In this document: positions 10,489 to 19,395 of the stretch, piece by piece
Layout: every line of letters starts with the position of its first letter
Numbering within the stretch: the stretch's first letter is position 1
Source of the DNA: Candidatus Micrarchaeota archaeon
GTDB taxonomy: Archaea > Micrarchaeota > Micrarchaeia > Norongarragalinales > Norongarragalinaceae
DNA: 64,000 bases
NCBI GenBank assembly: GCA_037444485.1
Contig: JBBIMI010000001.1
Location: forward strand, 1-64,000
Direction: 5' to 3'
Translations under genes and position numbers: made by a program
The notes under the pieces: model-generated
What the model was told of the DNA's origin: nothing
The model's input: only the letters and a program-made list of their open reading frames with translations
The model's database searches: none

Positions 10489-12141
10489 TCACTTTTCTAT
10501 TGTTTTACGCATGTTTTCTAGACGCTGTTTGTATTCCTCGTCTTGCTGTGACTCTCTGTAAAACCTGCGTCTTCCAGCAAGCACGACTACGAGCAACGCT
10601 ATGAGGATAATTAACGCAATCAGCCAAGTGTTTTGACTCAACGCCAGCGTAACGAAGCCCGTCAAGCCGGTCGCGCGCGGTTCTACTGAAAATTCTTTCA
10701 CCGCAACCACGCGGCCTTTGCTGCGCACTTCGATTACCGCGTTCTTCACGCCCTCGTCGCTTCCCCGCGTTATTGAAACGAGAATAGTTTTCTTCGAATT
10801 CGCTGGAACGATGGTTGCTGGAGGCGCAGAGTAACTCCAGTCCTTCGGCAGGCCGGAAATCGAAATCGTTGCATCCTCGAGAGGCGAGTCGAACGGGTTT
10901 TCAACTTCAACGAAAAGCTTGACTACTTCGTTTTGCTCGCTTTTTTCAACTAAAACGTTTTCCTCGCCAACGCAAGCGCTGGACTGCACTGCAACAGTTT
11001 TTTCGAATGTCTTGCGTTCCGGCGAATTCAAGCTCTCGGCGCGCACGACTAGCGCGCGAGCGCCTACGCCTGCTTTTGAACCGTCTACTGTAACAGTAAA
11101 TAATGCTTCTTTTCCTGCTGGAATGCTTAGTTCAGTTGGCGCGAGGGAAGCGAATTCGCTTGCCTCTAGAATGAATGAGTCCTCGCGGGAGCCAACATTC
11201 TTCAACCTTGCAGTAAACGCGGTTGAACTGCAAGCGCTAGTCTTTATTGACTGTGGTAGGGCGAGCTCGGCGTCGAACTTGTCTTCAACGTCAACGTAAA
11301 CGTCTTTTTCTGCTAGAACAACGAAATTACGGATTGCTTGAACAGTAATCCAGTACCTGCCAGCGCCAGCATTTCTCGAAGGCTGCACATCAACATAGAA
11401 TTCCTGGATTCCGCCACGCGATAGAGAAACATAGTTGTTGCTTAAAACCGCGTTTACAGCGTCCTTGTCGCCGACGAGCTTCAAATCGAAGGTGCCTGCA
11501 GCGCCGCGGTTTACTAAAGCTATTTTAAAGCGCGCAAAACCGCCTGCCGAGATTTTCTTACCTTCAGTCGCGCCCAGAAAATCGACGTCGTACTCTGTGG
11601 GGTCAAAATAAGAAGCGAGAGTCAAGTAACTCTTTACTTGCGTGCCCTCGCCGGTTTCACGAGGTGGTTCATAGTAAGGAGTCTTCGCAGTGCCGTTAAT
11701 GTAGTAACCCTTGCTTGCGCAGGGAGTGACGAAAACCCGCAAGTTTTTCTGGCGAAACTCGTTCACTGTATTGTCACGCGGCGACGTGATTTGCGCGCGA
11801 ATCGATGCGTCTTCAGCGCCCCGCATGTTGTCAGGCGCGCGGAAATGCAAGTACGTTCCTTTCGCGCCGTGCGCTGGCGCTACAAGAAACTCGTCTTCAA
11901 AAAAGCCGTTCAAACCGATTCGGTTAAAGAATTGCGCGGAAAACGCGACTAGTCGTTCTTCGCTCGCGTCATTCACAATCCAAACGAACACTTTCCCCTC
12001 GCGACACGATATTGAAGCAGTGTCAGCGCTTACCTTCAACTCGACGCCTGCTGCGAGGGAAGCGACCAATAAAGCCGTTCCCAAGGCTATGAAGCCGATT
12101 CTTAATTCCTTCAACCCGTGCAGCGAAGCCAACAAAGTCAT
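10489..12141 (-). CDS. Ig-like multi-domain cell-surface protein with C-terminal TM anchor
   Basis: Signal peptide; repeated N.G...D.F.L beta-sandwich motifs; C-terminal TGLTGF + TM + basic tail. Confidence 0.75.
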   Translation of the reverse strand: MTLLASLHGLKELRIGFIALGTALLVASLAAGVELKVSADTASISCREGKVFVWIVNDASEERLVAFSAQFFNRIGLNGFFEDEFLVAPAHGAKGTYLHFRAPDNMRGAEDASIRAQITSPRDNTVNEFRQKNLRVFVTPCASKGYYINGTAKTPYYEPPRETGEGTQVKSYLTLASYFDPTEYDVDFLGATEGKKISAGGFARFKIALVNRGAAGTFDLKLVGDKDAVNAVLSNNYVSLSRGGIQEFYVDVQPSRNAGAGRYWITVQAIRNFVVLAEKDVYVDVEDKFDAELALPQSIKTSACSSTAFTARLKNVGSREDSFILEASEFASLAPTELSIPAGKEALFTVTVDGSKAGVGARALVVRAESLNSPERKTFEKTVAVQSSACVGEENVLVEKSEQNEVVKLFVEVENPFDSPLEDATISISGLPKDWSYSAPPATIVPANSKKTILVSITRGSDEGVKNAVIEVRSKGRVVAVKEFSVEPRATGLTGFVTLALSQNTWLIALIILIALLVVVLAGRRRFYRESQQDEEYKQRLENMRKTIEK

Positions 12142-12465
12142 TTAATTTCCCACCATTCGCATTTATTTAATTTCCAACCATTTACATTTATTTGCATTTT
12201 TCTTTATTCGCTTTTTTCGCGTTTATCGCGTTTTTCCCTTGATTTTCCTCTAATTTTCCTTGTTCTCTCGTTTTCCTCGTTTTCCTGTTTTTCCTCTTGC
12301 AAAAGATTTAAATACAAGCCCAAGCAAAACAAACAGTGTTACTATTGCGTAGTAAATACATATTTAAGGTTTTTGGTTGGTGGGATGAAAGGGTTTTAGT
12401 CAAGTAACAAATTGTTACCCTTGAGCGAGGACTAAAAAACAAAAAGTTTTAAAAAGGCGGTTTCC

Positions 12466-13233
12466 GTGAATTACAACGATTACATGGCAGCTAATTACGA
12501 TGTCGTGAATTTACTGCGCAGGCTTGGCTTAAACCAATACGAGGCTAAAGCCTACTTCGCGCTCGCCAGCTTCGGCAGCCACACTGCAGGCGAGCTAAGC
12601 GAACGCGCGCAACTACCACGCCCCCGCGTTTACGACGTTCTAACGCGCTTGCAAGACAAGGGATTCGTGTTGATACAGCAAGGCAGGCCAGTCAAGTATG
12701 CAGCGCTGCCGATTGCGGAAGCAGTGAAAACCCTCAAAAAACAACACCAGTCCTCGCTTGCCGAAGAACTCGAGAAAATTGAAAACATCAGTAAAGAGTT
12801 GCAAAACAAGCTCAAGCCAGTACGCAAGGAAGAAGGCGCAGAGTTAGGCGAAAAGGTTTGGACGCTGCGGGGAAAAGAAGCCATTTACTCGAAAGCAGGA
12901 GCAATGATTACTGGCGCGAAGAAGGAAGTCATTCTCGCCTCTACGCCTGAAAAAGCGTTGCAAAAGATAAAAGCGCTTTCGAAGGAAATCGAGAGCGCGC
13001 GCAAGAAGGGCGTGAAGATTCACGTGGTTTCACAAATCAATGAAGGTGAACTAACTAAAATCGCTAACAGTGTTACGAACAAGATTCTTCCAACTCGAAT
13101 GCTGCTTGCAGATGACCAGATTCTCTTCTACCTCTCGGACGAGAAAACTGCGCCTGAAGACGAACTCGGCGTCTGGCTGCACAGCCCGCATCTGGTGCAA
13201 ACAATAAGGCAAGCCATAAACGCGAAAGCTTAA
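12466..13233 (+). CDS. TrmB-family transcriptional regulator
   Basis: LRRLGLNQYEAKAY.AL...TAGELS..AQLPRPRVYDVL..L..KGFV....GRP.KY. Confidence 0.92.
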   Translation: MNYNDYMAANYDVVNLLRRLGLNQYEAKAYFALASFGSHTAGELSERAQLPRPRVYDVLTRLQDKGFVLIQQGRPVKYAALPIAEAVKTLKKQHQSSLAEELEKIENISKELQNKLKPVRKEEGAELGEKVWTLRGKEAIYSKAGAMITGAKKEVILASTPEKALQKIKALSKEIESARKKGVKIHVVSQINEGELTKIANSVTNKILPTRMLLADDQILFYLSDEKTAPEDELGVWLHSPHLVQTIRQAINAKA

Positions 13234-13398
13234 GCGCGCACACTACTCAATAATCCGCATAGCCGACATGCTTCTAATTTTTGGTATCACCGATTAATTT
13301 TCGATTAATTTTTGTATTACCGATTTTTGATATTAATTTTTTGTATTATTATTAATTTTTTGTATTATGTTATGGTGTGGTAAGGGTTAATGTTATAG

Positions 13399-13562
13399 TG
13401 GGGTCGGCGAGATTTGAACTCGCATCCACAGGTATCCCCCTTCACTCTTCACCAAATCAGAGCTCCAGAAGTTTTCAAGTCATTACCGCGAAAACGGCTC
13501 GTAATACCTGCGTTGATCACGGAACTGGAGCCTGTTGTTCTGCCAGGTTATACTACGACCCC
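13399..13562 (-). tRNA. tRNA-Trp(CCA) with 91-nt intron at 37/38 (intron 13434..13524)
   Basis: Reverse complement GGGGTCGTAGTATAACCTGGCAGAACAACAGG-CTCCAG[intron]A-CCTGTGGATGCGAGTTCAAATCTCGCCGACCCCA; CUCC/GGGG central helix with AGU and AUA bulges. Confidence 0.93.
13434..13524 (-). ncRNA. Intron-encoded box C/D guide RNA for tRNA-Trp 2'-O-methylation (C34, C39)
   Basis: Box C-like GTGATCA; guide CAGGTAT followed by D'-like ACGA; guide CTGGAGC followed by T-CTGA box D; both guides are complementary to the pre-tRNA. Confidence 0.8.
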
Positions 13563-13854
13563 GTGTTGTTTTAAAAGTTTTAGGAATCGAAGAAATTAAA
13601 ACTATTGATGAAAGAGATGAGAGGCCGCGCCGAACTGAAAGAGTACGCCGGACGAACCGAACTCGAAACGAACTCAAAACCTGAAAAACCATAAAAGCCA
13701 AAACCAAACATTTAAAAATACTTGCTACCACAAAGTAGTAACAATAAGCTGTCGCGCGGTTTGTTTTGTTGTTTTAGTTGGTTTTGCTTTCGAAACCGCG
13801 ATGATTTTTTCGGTTTGTTTCAAGGAACGCGAGGAACAAGGAAGGTGGGATTAA

Positions 13855-16800
13855 GTGAGTTTGCGTGACAAGATTCTTGCGACAGCATTGTTTTTTTTAG
13901 TCGTAACCATCGTTTTTTCTTTAAACGCTGGTTTCGCGAATGCGGCGCAAGAGTATAGTCCATGCCAAACTAATCAAGAATGCGCTGACGTCGTTTGTTT
14001 AAAGAACAGCGGTATTTTCGATTACGATTCTCACGGCGACACTTACAGTAACTACTGGTGCGGCGTAAGCGGACAGCCTTGCACGAGTTTCTGCGGAGAA
14101 CAAACGAGAAAGTGTTTATGCGGCGCTTCTCAAACCGGGATGTGCGACCAAGCGCCTTCTTTTGATTATTACGGTAATGTTGTTTCTTTCGGTGACGCTG
14201 CTGGAATCGGTTTTCCTGTAGGGGTTTACTGCACGACGTCCGACAACAGGCCTGGAGAAGTTTACTTGACGAATTGCCCGAGTTGCGGGAACGGTTTGAC
14301 TTATTGTAAGCCGAATGTTTTCACGCAACCTGAACCGAGTCCTGCTCCGCAACCAATGTGCGGTAATGGAGTACGCGACGCGTACGGTGAAGAATGCGAC
14401 GGCAACGACTTGAGTGGTTGTTACAATGACGCAATCGGGTGCGACTTTCAGTGTCAATGTGTTTACGAGGGCGGCGGTTACCCGCCTAACGAACCGCCTG
14501 CACCAGGCGGTTGTTACCCTCCAGCGTGCCCTGCCCCACTCCCATCTTATTGTTGGCTTGATGCTTTCCCGACTCACGTTTATGCAGGTGATTACAGCGA
14601 GATTGCAGTGAATTACTTTAATTTGTGGTACGAACCGTACTCTGCTTTCGTGGACTGCGGCAACGGCTACGGTGCGTACGCTTGGGGTTGTTTCGGTAAT
14701 ACCGGCGTTTGTTACGCGTCGTGTCCTTACACTACTCCAGGATTTTATACAGTAACAGCGTACGCTGGCGGAACTTATTGTTATCCGACAAGCGTTTACG
14801 TTGAAGACTATCAAGAACCGTGCCCGACTTGCGGGCCAACCGCAACGCCGACCAGCATGCCGACAGTATACCCGCCTTCGTGCAGCGTTGTAATGAATCC
14901 GGGCACGATAGTTGGAGCCGGGCAGAGCACTGCAATCGTTAGTTTCACAAACATTGAGAACGCAACTACTGCGACTGTGATTTGCGGTAATGGTCAGACT
15001 GTTACAGCGCAGTGCGGCAGCGGTCCAAACAGCCAGTGTATTGCAACCTGTAATTATGTTGCTCCAGGCTATTACCCGTTCACTTACACAGTCAACGCTT
15101 TTGTTGAAGGGTGGAGCTGCAACCCTGGTTACGTTACTTTAATTGAACCAATTCCTTCACCGCCTGTACCAAGTCCAAGCCCGCTTCCTGGAACTCTTGA
15201 AGTTCTCGCATTAAGCGGTTGTGGTGGATTGCCGATTGCAGGCGCGACTGTAAGCATTTCAGGAGTCGGAGTGTTTTACACTGACGCGAACGGGTTAGTG
15301 ATAGTGCCCGGCGTTGCACCAGGAACTTACTATGTTTACGTTTCTGCGTCCGGATACTTACCTGCAAGCGCGACTGGCGTTGTAGTCAGCGGGCAAACTA
15401 CTCGCGTTACGGTTACTTTAGGGTGCGTCCGCAACCCCTCGTGCAGCATCGCAATCAATCCAAGCACGATTCGCGGCGGTTCGAGTACTACTGTGACTGT
15501 TTCTTACAACGATTTTGACCCAGCACAAATTCCGACAGCATTGCAAGTCGCGTGCGGCAACGGCGTGCTCACCAGCGCTCAATGCAGCGGCGGTTCAAGT
15601 GGAACTTGCGTTGGAACTTGCGCTTACGGACTAGAACAAGCGTACCCTGTTTACTACACCCTAACTACAGCAATCGATGGAGTCCAGTGTTCGACCGCGA
15701 CTGCACGCATAATCGCGCCCATTCCGACTACAGGCAACTTGCTTGTCCGCGTTACTGACTGTGATACAGGGGAACCACTGCAAAGCGCGCGCGTTTCCTT
15801 GAATACTCCGCCGCCAGTTTGTCAAGCAACTTTCTGTGGTGACGGAACTTACAACGTTTTCACTAACTATACTACAATCCAATCAACCAACTTTTTCGTT
15901 ATTACAGTAGAACGCGTGCCTGACGGCGTTGACAACAGCACCAGCATTACTGTACGGGATTCAACGGGTGGTTTGATAATCGCGAATTACTCGATGGTTG
16001 TAGGCGACGCTTACACTATTCCAAACTCGCTTGCAGTTTCTTATGATGGGGTCGTAACGACGCAAGGTCAGTACGGGGCAAGGTTGACAGTAACCTCGTT
16101 AAGCGCGCCAGGCCCAGGCTGGCTTGTTTATTATACCGACCAGTACGGTGAAGCGTTTGCAACTAACTTGAATCCAGGTGATTGGTTTGCTTGGGTGGCG
16201 CTGCAAGGGTACCAGTCTGCAAGTGCGACAGCACCAGTCTACGCGGGCTTGACTACGACGCTCCCGATTTGTTTGACTCGCGCGCAGCCTGACTTTACTG
16301 CGCAAGTACTCAACGCGCCAACGTGTCCTTACTCTACTGAGCCTACGCCGTACCAAATCAAGTTGACTAACAACTTGGGCGTTCAATTAACGCTTCTCGT
16401 AACTTACTCTAGTCCAGCAATTACCGGCCCAAGCGTGGTCACGATTCCGCCTTACGGTTCCACGATTGTTGACTTGTTCGTCAATCCAACTCAAGGTTAC
16501 GCTGGAGGAACGTTCGTGATGGTGACTTTCACTCCACAAGAACCCCAAAACCCGCAGTCTACGCTTAGCCTCCAGTTGCCTGTTTGCTTGAGCGGAGGCC
16601 TAGACCTTGAAGCAGTAGTCGACTTCAAGACTGCTTTCGGTGGGGAACGCGTTTGCTACCCGCTTTTAGTCCGCAATACGGGTCTCGCGCGCGGAATCGT
16701 TGATTTAGTCGCTTCATTCAACTCAAGCGAAAATTTCGTCACCGAATTCATTCCGCAGTCTTTCTTCATCACCCCGCAAGAAATCAAGAACACTGAATTC

Positions 16801-19290
16801 TGCGTCACCACGCCGAAAAGCGCGAGCACTTCGCCTTCATTCTTGCTGCAGGCTTACAGCAGCATCAACAACGATAACGATTCAGTCACGCTTCAAGTTT
16901 ACTCGCAAAACGCGTTCCACACGGACTTTAGTGGGTGTCCTACGATAAACGCGACCACCACCGTTACCAACTACCCAATAACTATTTGGAATAACGCGCT
17001 CAGCAGCGATTACGAAATCGAGTTTACTGAAAACGATTTGCTTGCAGTAACCGATCCAGTGATTTACGGTTTCGAGAAAGCTACTTCAAGGCAGATAAAC
17101 ATTCGCATGGACGCGTTCGGCCTCAACGCAGGCGAGCATCGTTTCAACCTATTACTGAAGAAGGACGGCAACGTTGTCTTCCAACAACCACTTTGCTTTA
17201 ACATAGCAGGCAGCAATTGGGTTTACGCGCAATTAATGCCGTCTTCCCTACTAGTGCCTAAAATTGACGGCAAAACCACGTTGCTGAAAATAAAGAATCT
17301 TGGAACAGTGCGCAACGTTTACTCGATAACCGCAGACTCTAACTTCACTTACGTTTTCATCACTCCAAACGAAGTCGCACTCAATCCAGGCGAAGAGACG
17401 AGCGTTGAAGTCCGCATCGCGCCTGCGTCAAGCGTTGCCAACGGCGAGTACGTCATTCCAATCAAGATTTTCGCGAGCACTCTTTCTAACGCCTCGCTTT
17501 ACTCGGTCGCGTTCAACTGCGGCAACGGAGAAACGAAGACGGTAACGTGTGGTTACGGCATTGGCTCGTGCCAAACTACTTGCAGTTATTCGACTGCAGG
17601 CAGTTTCCTCGCGAACGCGCTTATCGACGGGCAATCGTGTTCCACTCCAGTACGCGTCCTCGACTCTATTCAAAACAATTCGATTGTCTTAAGCGTTTTT
17701 CCGGACAACAACGCTCAAGGATTCGCCTCAAGCGTCAACATCAATTACTATAACTTAAGCGTGGACACGCAGCCACCCCAATTCGTTGGCAACGTGATTG
17801 TCAACGCTTCGAACGCCACCGCGTACATCTTGTGGAGTACTGGCGAGCAGTCGAACGCGACCATCAAATTCGGCACTACGATTGACTTAAGCGCGAGCGC
17901 AAGCAACTCCACGTTCTCAACCTCGCACAATCAAACGCTTTCAAGCCTCACACCAAACACCCAGTACTACTTTACTGTCAGTGCATGCGATTCTGTAAGC
18001 AACTGTAATACTACGAACGTGATGAGTTTTACTACGACCGCGCTTGACACCCAGCAAAACAATTACTCTATCAACGTTTCTTCAACCACTTCCTCGAGCG
18101 GCACTTTAAGCATTACTGTCAACTGCGGCAACGGATTGACTGTCCCTGCAACCTCGTGTTACGGCACTACAGGTAGTTGCAGCGCAGCGTGTTATTACTC
18201 TACCGCAGGCACGTTCACGGTTACAGCAACAGCAAGCGGCGTGACTACAACGCCGACGGTTTACGACGCGCGCGTAATCGCAAGCAACCCGAACGACGTT
18301 TCATGCGCGTTAAGCGCGACGCAAAACATTGTGCGCGGAAACGATGCCAGCATCACGATGAAGTATTACAACATTCCTGCTCCCTCGAGTGGTGGAAGCG
18401 GAAGCGGCTTACTCGAAACGCTTAACCTTCTCGTGAGCGTAGTCAGCGGCGAACAGAGCGCGTTCGAGCCAACAGTATCGCCTGACTTCATCATAGTCGT
18501 ACAACCAATTGAAGTTGTTCAAGGCACTGTAACCCGCGTGCCAATAATTGTTAGGAACGACAATTACTACTCGCTTTCATCAGTCTTAGTTTACGTGAAA
18601 GACTTGCCAGGAGGCGTTTCAATGGATTCGCTAACACCGTTCTCGCTCGCTTCAAAAGAAGAGAAAACAGTTTACGCGTACTTCAACGCGAAAAACGCTG
18701 TTCCTGGAAACTACCAGGTCGAGATTCACGCCGATTCCGCGCTAGTCTCTGCGCAACCGAAAAGCGTTTCCTTTACGATAAAACCAGCTGCTGAAGCGCC
18801 GCTTAACTTCGGCGTGAGCGAGCCTTCGCTTGCTTTCACGAATGTTGGTGGCAAAGACGCGATTAACGCGAGTTTCTCGATTCAAAACAATGAAGCCACT
18901 GTAATACAGTACTCTGTTTTCGTCGAACTGCCGACTGGTTGGACTTACCAAATCGCGCCTTCAAGTGGAACACTTGAACCAAGCAAAAGCGCGAGTTTCA
19001 ATGCATTGATTTTCCCGACCGGCTTCGACTCAAGCAAAGAGTACGATGCTAGTATAGTAATCCGCACCCCAGACAATAAAGTCAAGCGTCACGCATTCAA
19101 AATATCTGCATCCCGCTTCTCGCCTTTCAGCGGCTTGTTCATCGCGCTTTCAAGTGATTTTGGATTAGTAGTCCTGTTGCTAGCTGCGCTGGCAGTCGGA
19201 GTGGCCCTAGCAGTGTTTTCAAGCAGGAATTTAAAGCGCGCTAAAGAAGCGCGTTCAGAAGCCGGGGTTCCACCTGTAGTGACAGAGTAG
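13855..19290 (+). CDS. Giant (1811 aa) Cys-rich surface protein with PKD-like CGNG repeats, carboxypeptidase-regulatory-like and FN3-like domains, C-terminal TM anchor
   Basis: Signal peptide; about 5 CGNG..C..C..C.Y...G.Y/FTV repeats; LSSLTPNTQYYFTVSACD FN3 motif; C-terminal TM. Confidence 0.85.
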   Translation: MSLRDKILATALFFLVVTIVFSLNAGFANAAQEYSPCQTNQECADVVCLKNSGIFDYDSHGDTYSNYWCGVSGQPCTSFCGEQTRKCLCGASQTGMCDQAPSFDYYGNVVSFGDAAGIGFPVGVYCTTSDNRPGEVYLTNCPSCGNGLTYCKPNVFTQPEPSPAPQPMCGNGVRDAYGEECDGNDLSGCYNDAIGCDFQCQCVYEGGGYPPNEPPAPGGCYPPACPAPLPSYCWLDAFPTHVYAGDYSEIAVNYFNLWYEPYSAFVDCGNGYGAYAWGCFGNTGVCYASCPYTTPGFYTVTAYAGGTYCYPTSVYVEDYQEPCPTCGPTATPTSMPTVYPPSCSVVMNPGTIVGAGQSTAIVSFTNIENATTATVICGNGQTVTAQCGSGPNSQCIATCNYVAPGYYPFTYTVNAFVEGWSCNPGYVTLIEPIPSPPVPSPSPLPGTLEVLALSGCGGLPIAGATVSISGVGVFYTDANGLVIVPGVAPGTYYVYVSASGYLPASATGVVVSGQTTRVTVTLGCVRNPSCSIAINPSTIRGGSSTTVTVSYNDFDPAQIPTALQVACGNGVLTSAQCSGGSSGTCVGTCAYGLEQAYPVYYTLTTAIDGVQCSTATARIIAPIPTTGNLLVRVTDCDTGEPLQSARVSLNTPPPVCQATFCGDGTYNVFTNYTTIQSTNFFVITVERVPDGVDNSTSITVRDSTGGLIIANYSMVVGDAYTIPNSLAVSYDGVVTTQGQYGARLTVTSLSAPGPGWLVYYTDQYGEAFATNLNPGDWFAWVALQGYQSASATAPVYAGLTTTLPICLTRAQPDFTAQVLNAPTCPYSTEPTPYQIKLTNNLGVQLTLLVTYSSPAITGPSVVTIPPYGSTIVDLFVNPTQGYAGGTFVMVTFTPQEPQNPQSTLSLQLPVCLSGGLDLEAVVDFKTAFGGERVCYPLLVRNTGLARGIVDLVASFNSSENFVTEFIPQSFFITPQEIKNTEFCVTTPKSASTSPSFLLQAYSSINNDNDSVTLQVYSQNAFHTDFSGCPTINATTTVTNYPITIWNNALSSDYEIEFTENDLLAVTDPVIYGFEKATSRQINIRMDAFGLNAGEHRFNLLLKKDGNVVFQQPLCFNIAGSNWVYAQLMPSSLLVPKIDGKTTLLKIKNLGTVRNVYSITADSNFTYVFITPNEVALNPGEETSVEVRIAPASSVANGEYVIPIKIFASTLSNASLYSVAFNCGNGETKTVTCGYGIGSCQTTCSYSTAGSFLANALIDGQSCSTPVRVLDSIQNNSIVLSVFPDNNAQGFASSVNINYYNLSVDTQPPQFVGNVIVNASNATAYILWSTGEQSNATIKFGTTIDLSASASNSTFSTSHNQTLSSLTPNTQYYFTVSACDSVSNCNTTNVMSFTTTALDTQQNNYSINVSSTTSSSGTLSITVNCGNGLTVPATSCYGTTGSCSAACYYSTAGTFTVTATASGVTTTPTVYDARVIASNPNDVSCALSATQNIVRGNDASITMKYYNIPAPSSGGSGSGLLETLNLLVSVVSGEQSAFEPTVSPDFIIVVQPIEVVQGTVTRVPIIVRNDNYYSLSSVLVYVKDLPGGVSMDSLTPFSLASKEEKTVYAYFNAKNAVPGNYQVEIHADSALVSAQPKSVSFTIKPAAEAPLNFGVSEPSLAFTNVGGKDAINASFSIQNNEATVIQYSVFVELPTGWTYQIAPSSGTLEPSKSASFNALIFPTGFDSSKEYDASIVIRTPDNKVKRHAFKISASRFSPFSGLFIALSSDFGLVVLLLAALAVGVALAVFSSRNLKRAKEARSEAGVPPVVTE

Positions 19291-19395
19291 GCTTGAAAGC
19301 GAGTAAGCCGTACGCGGAGCCGGTGCATGCAGGCTAGTGCTGGCAAGCAAGCGCATGAAACCGTCAAACAAGAAACGAAGAGGGAACGTAAAAAA

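Noticed and set aside
13285..13372. Degenerate TTAATTTTTTGTATTA repeats near tRNA-Trp considered as a CRISPR array
   Set aside because: Short, irregular, no unique spacers of constant length; low-complexity duplications
13604..13684. Possible box C/D sRNA (TTGATGA ... CTGA ... CTGA)
   Set aside because: Spacing atypical and no target could be identified by eye
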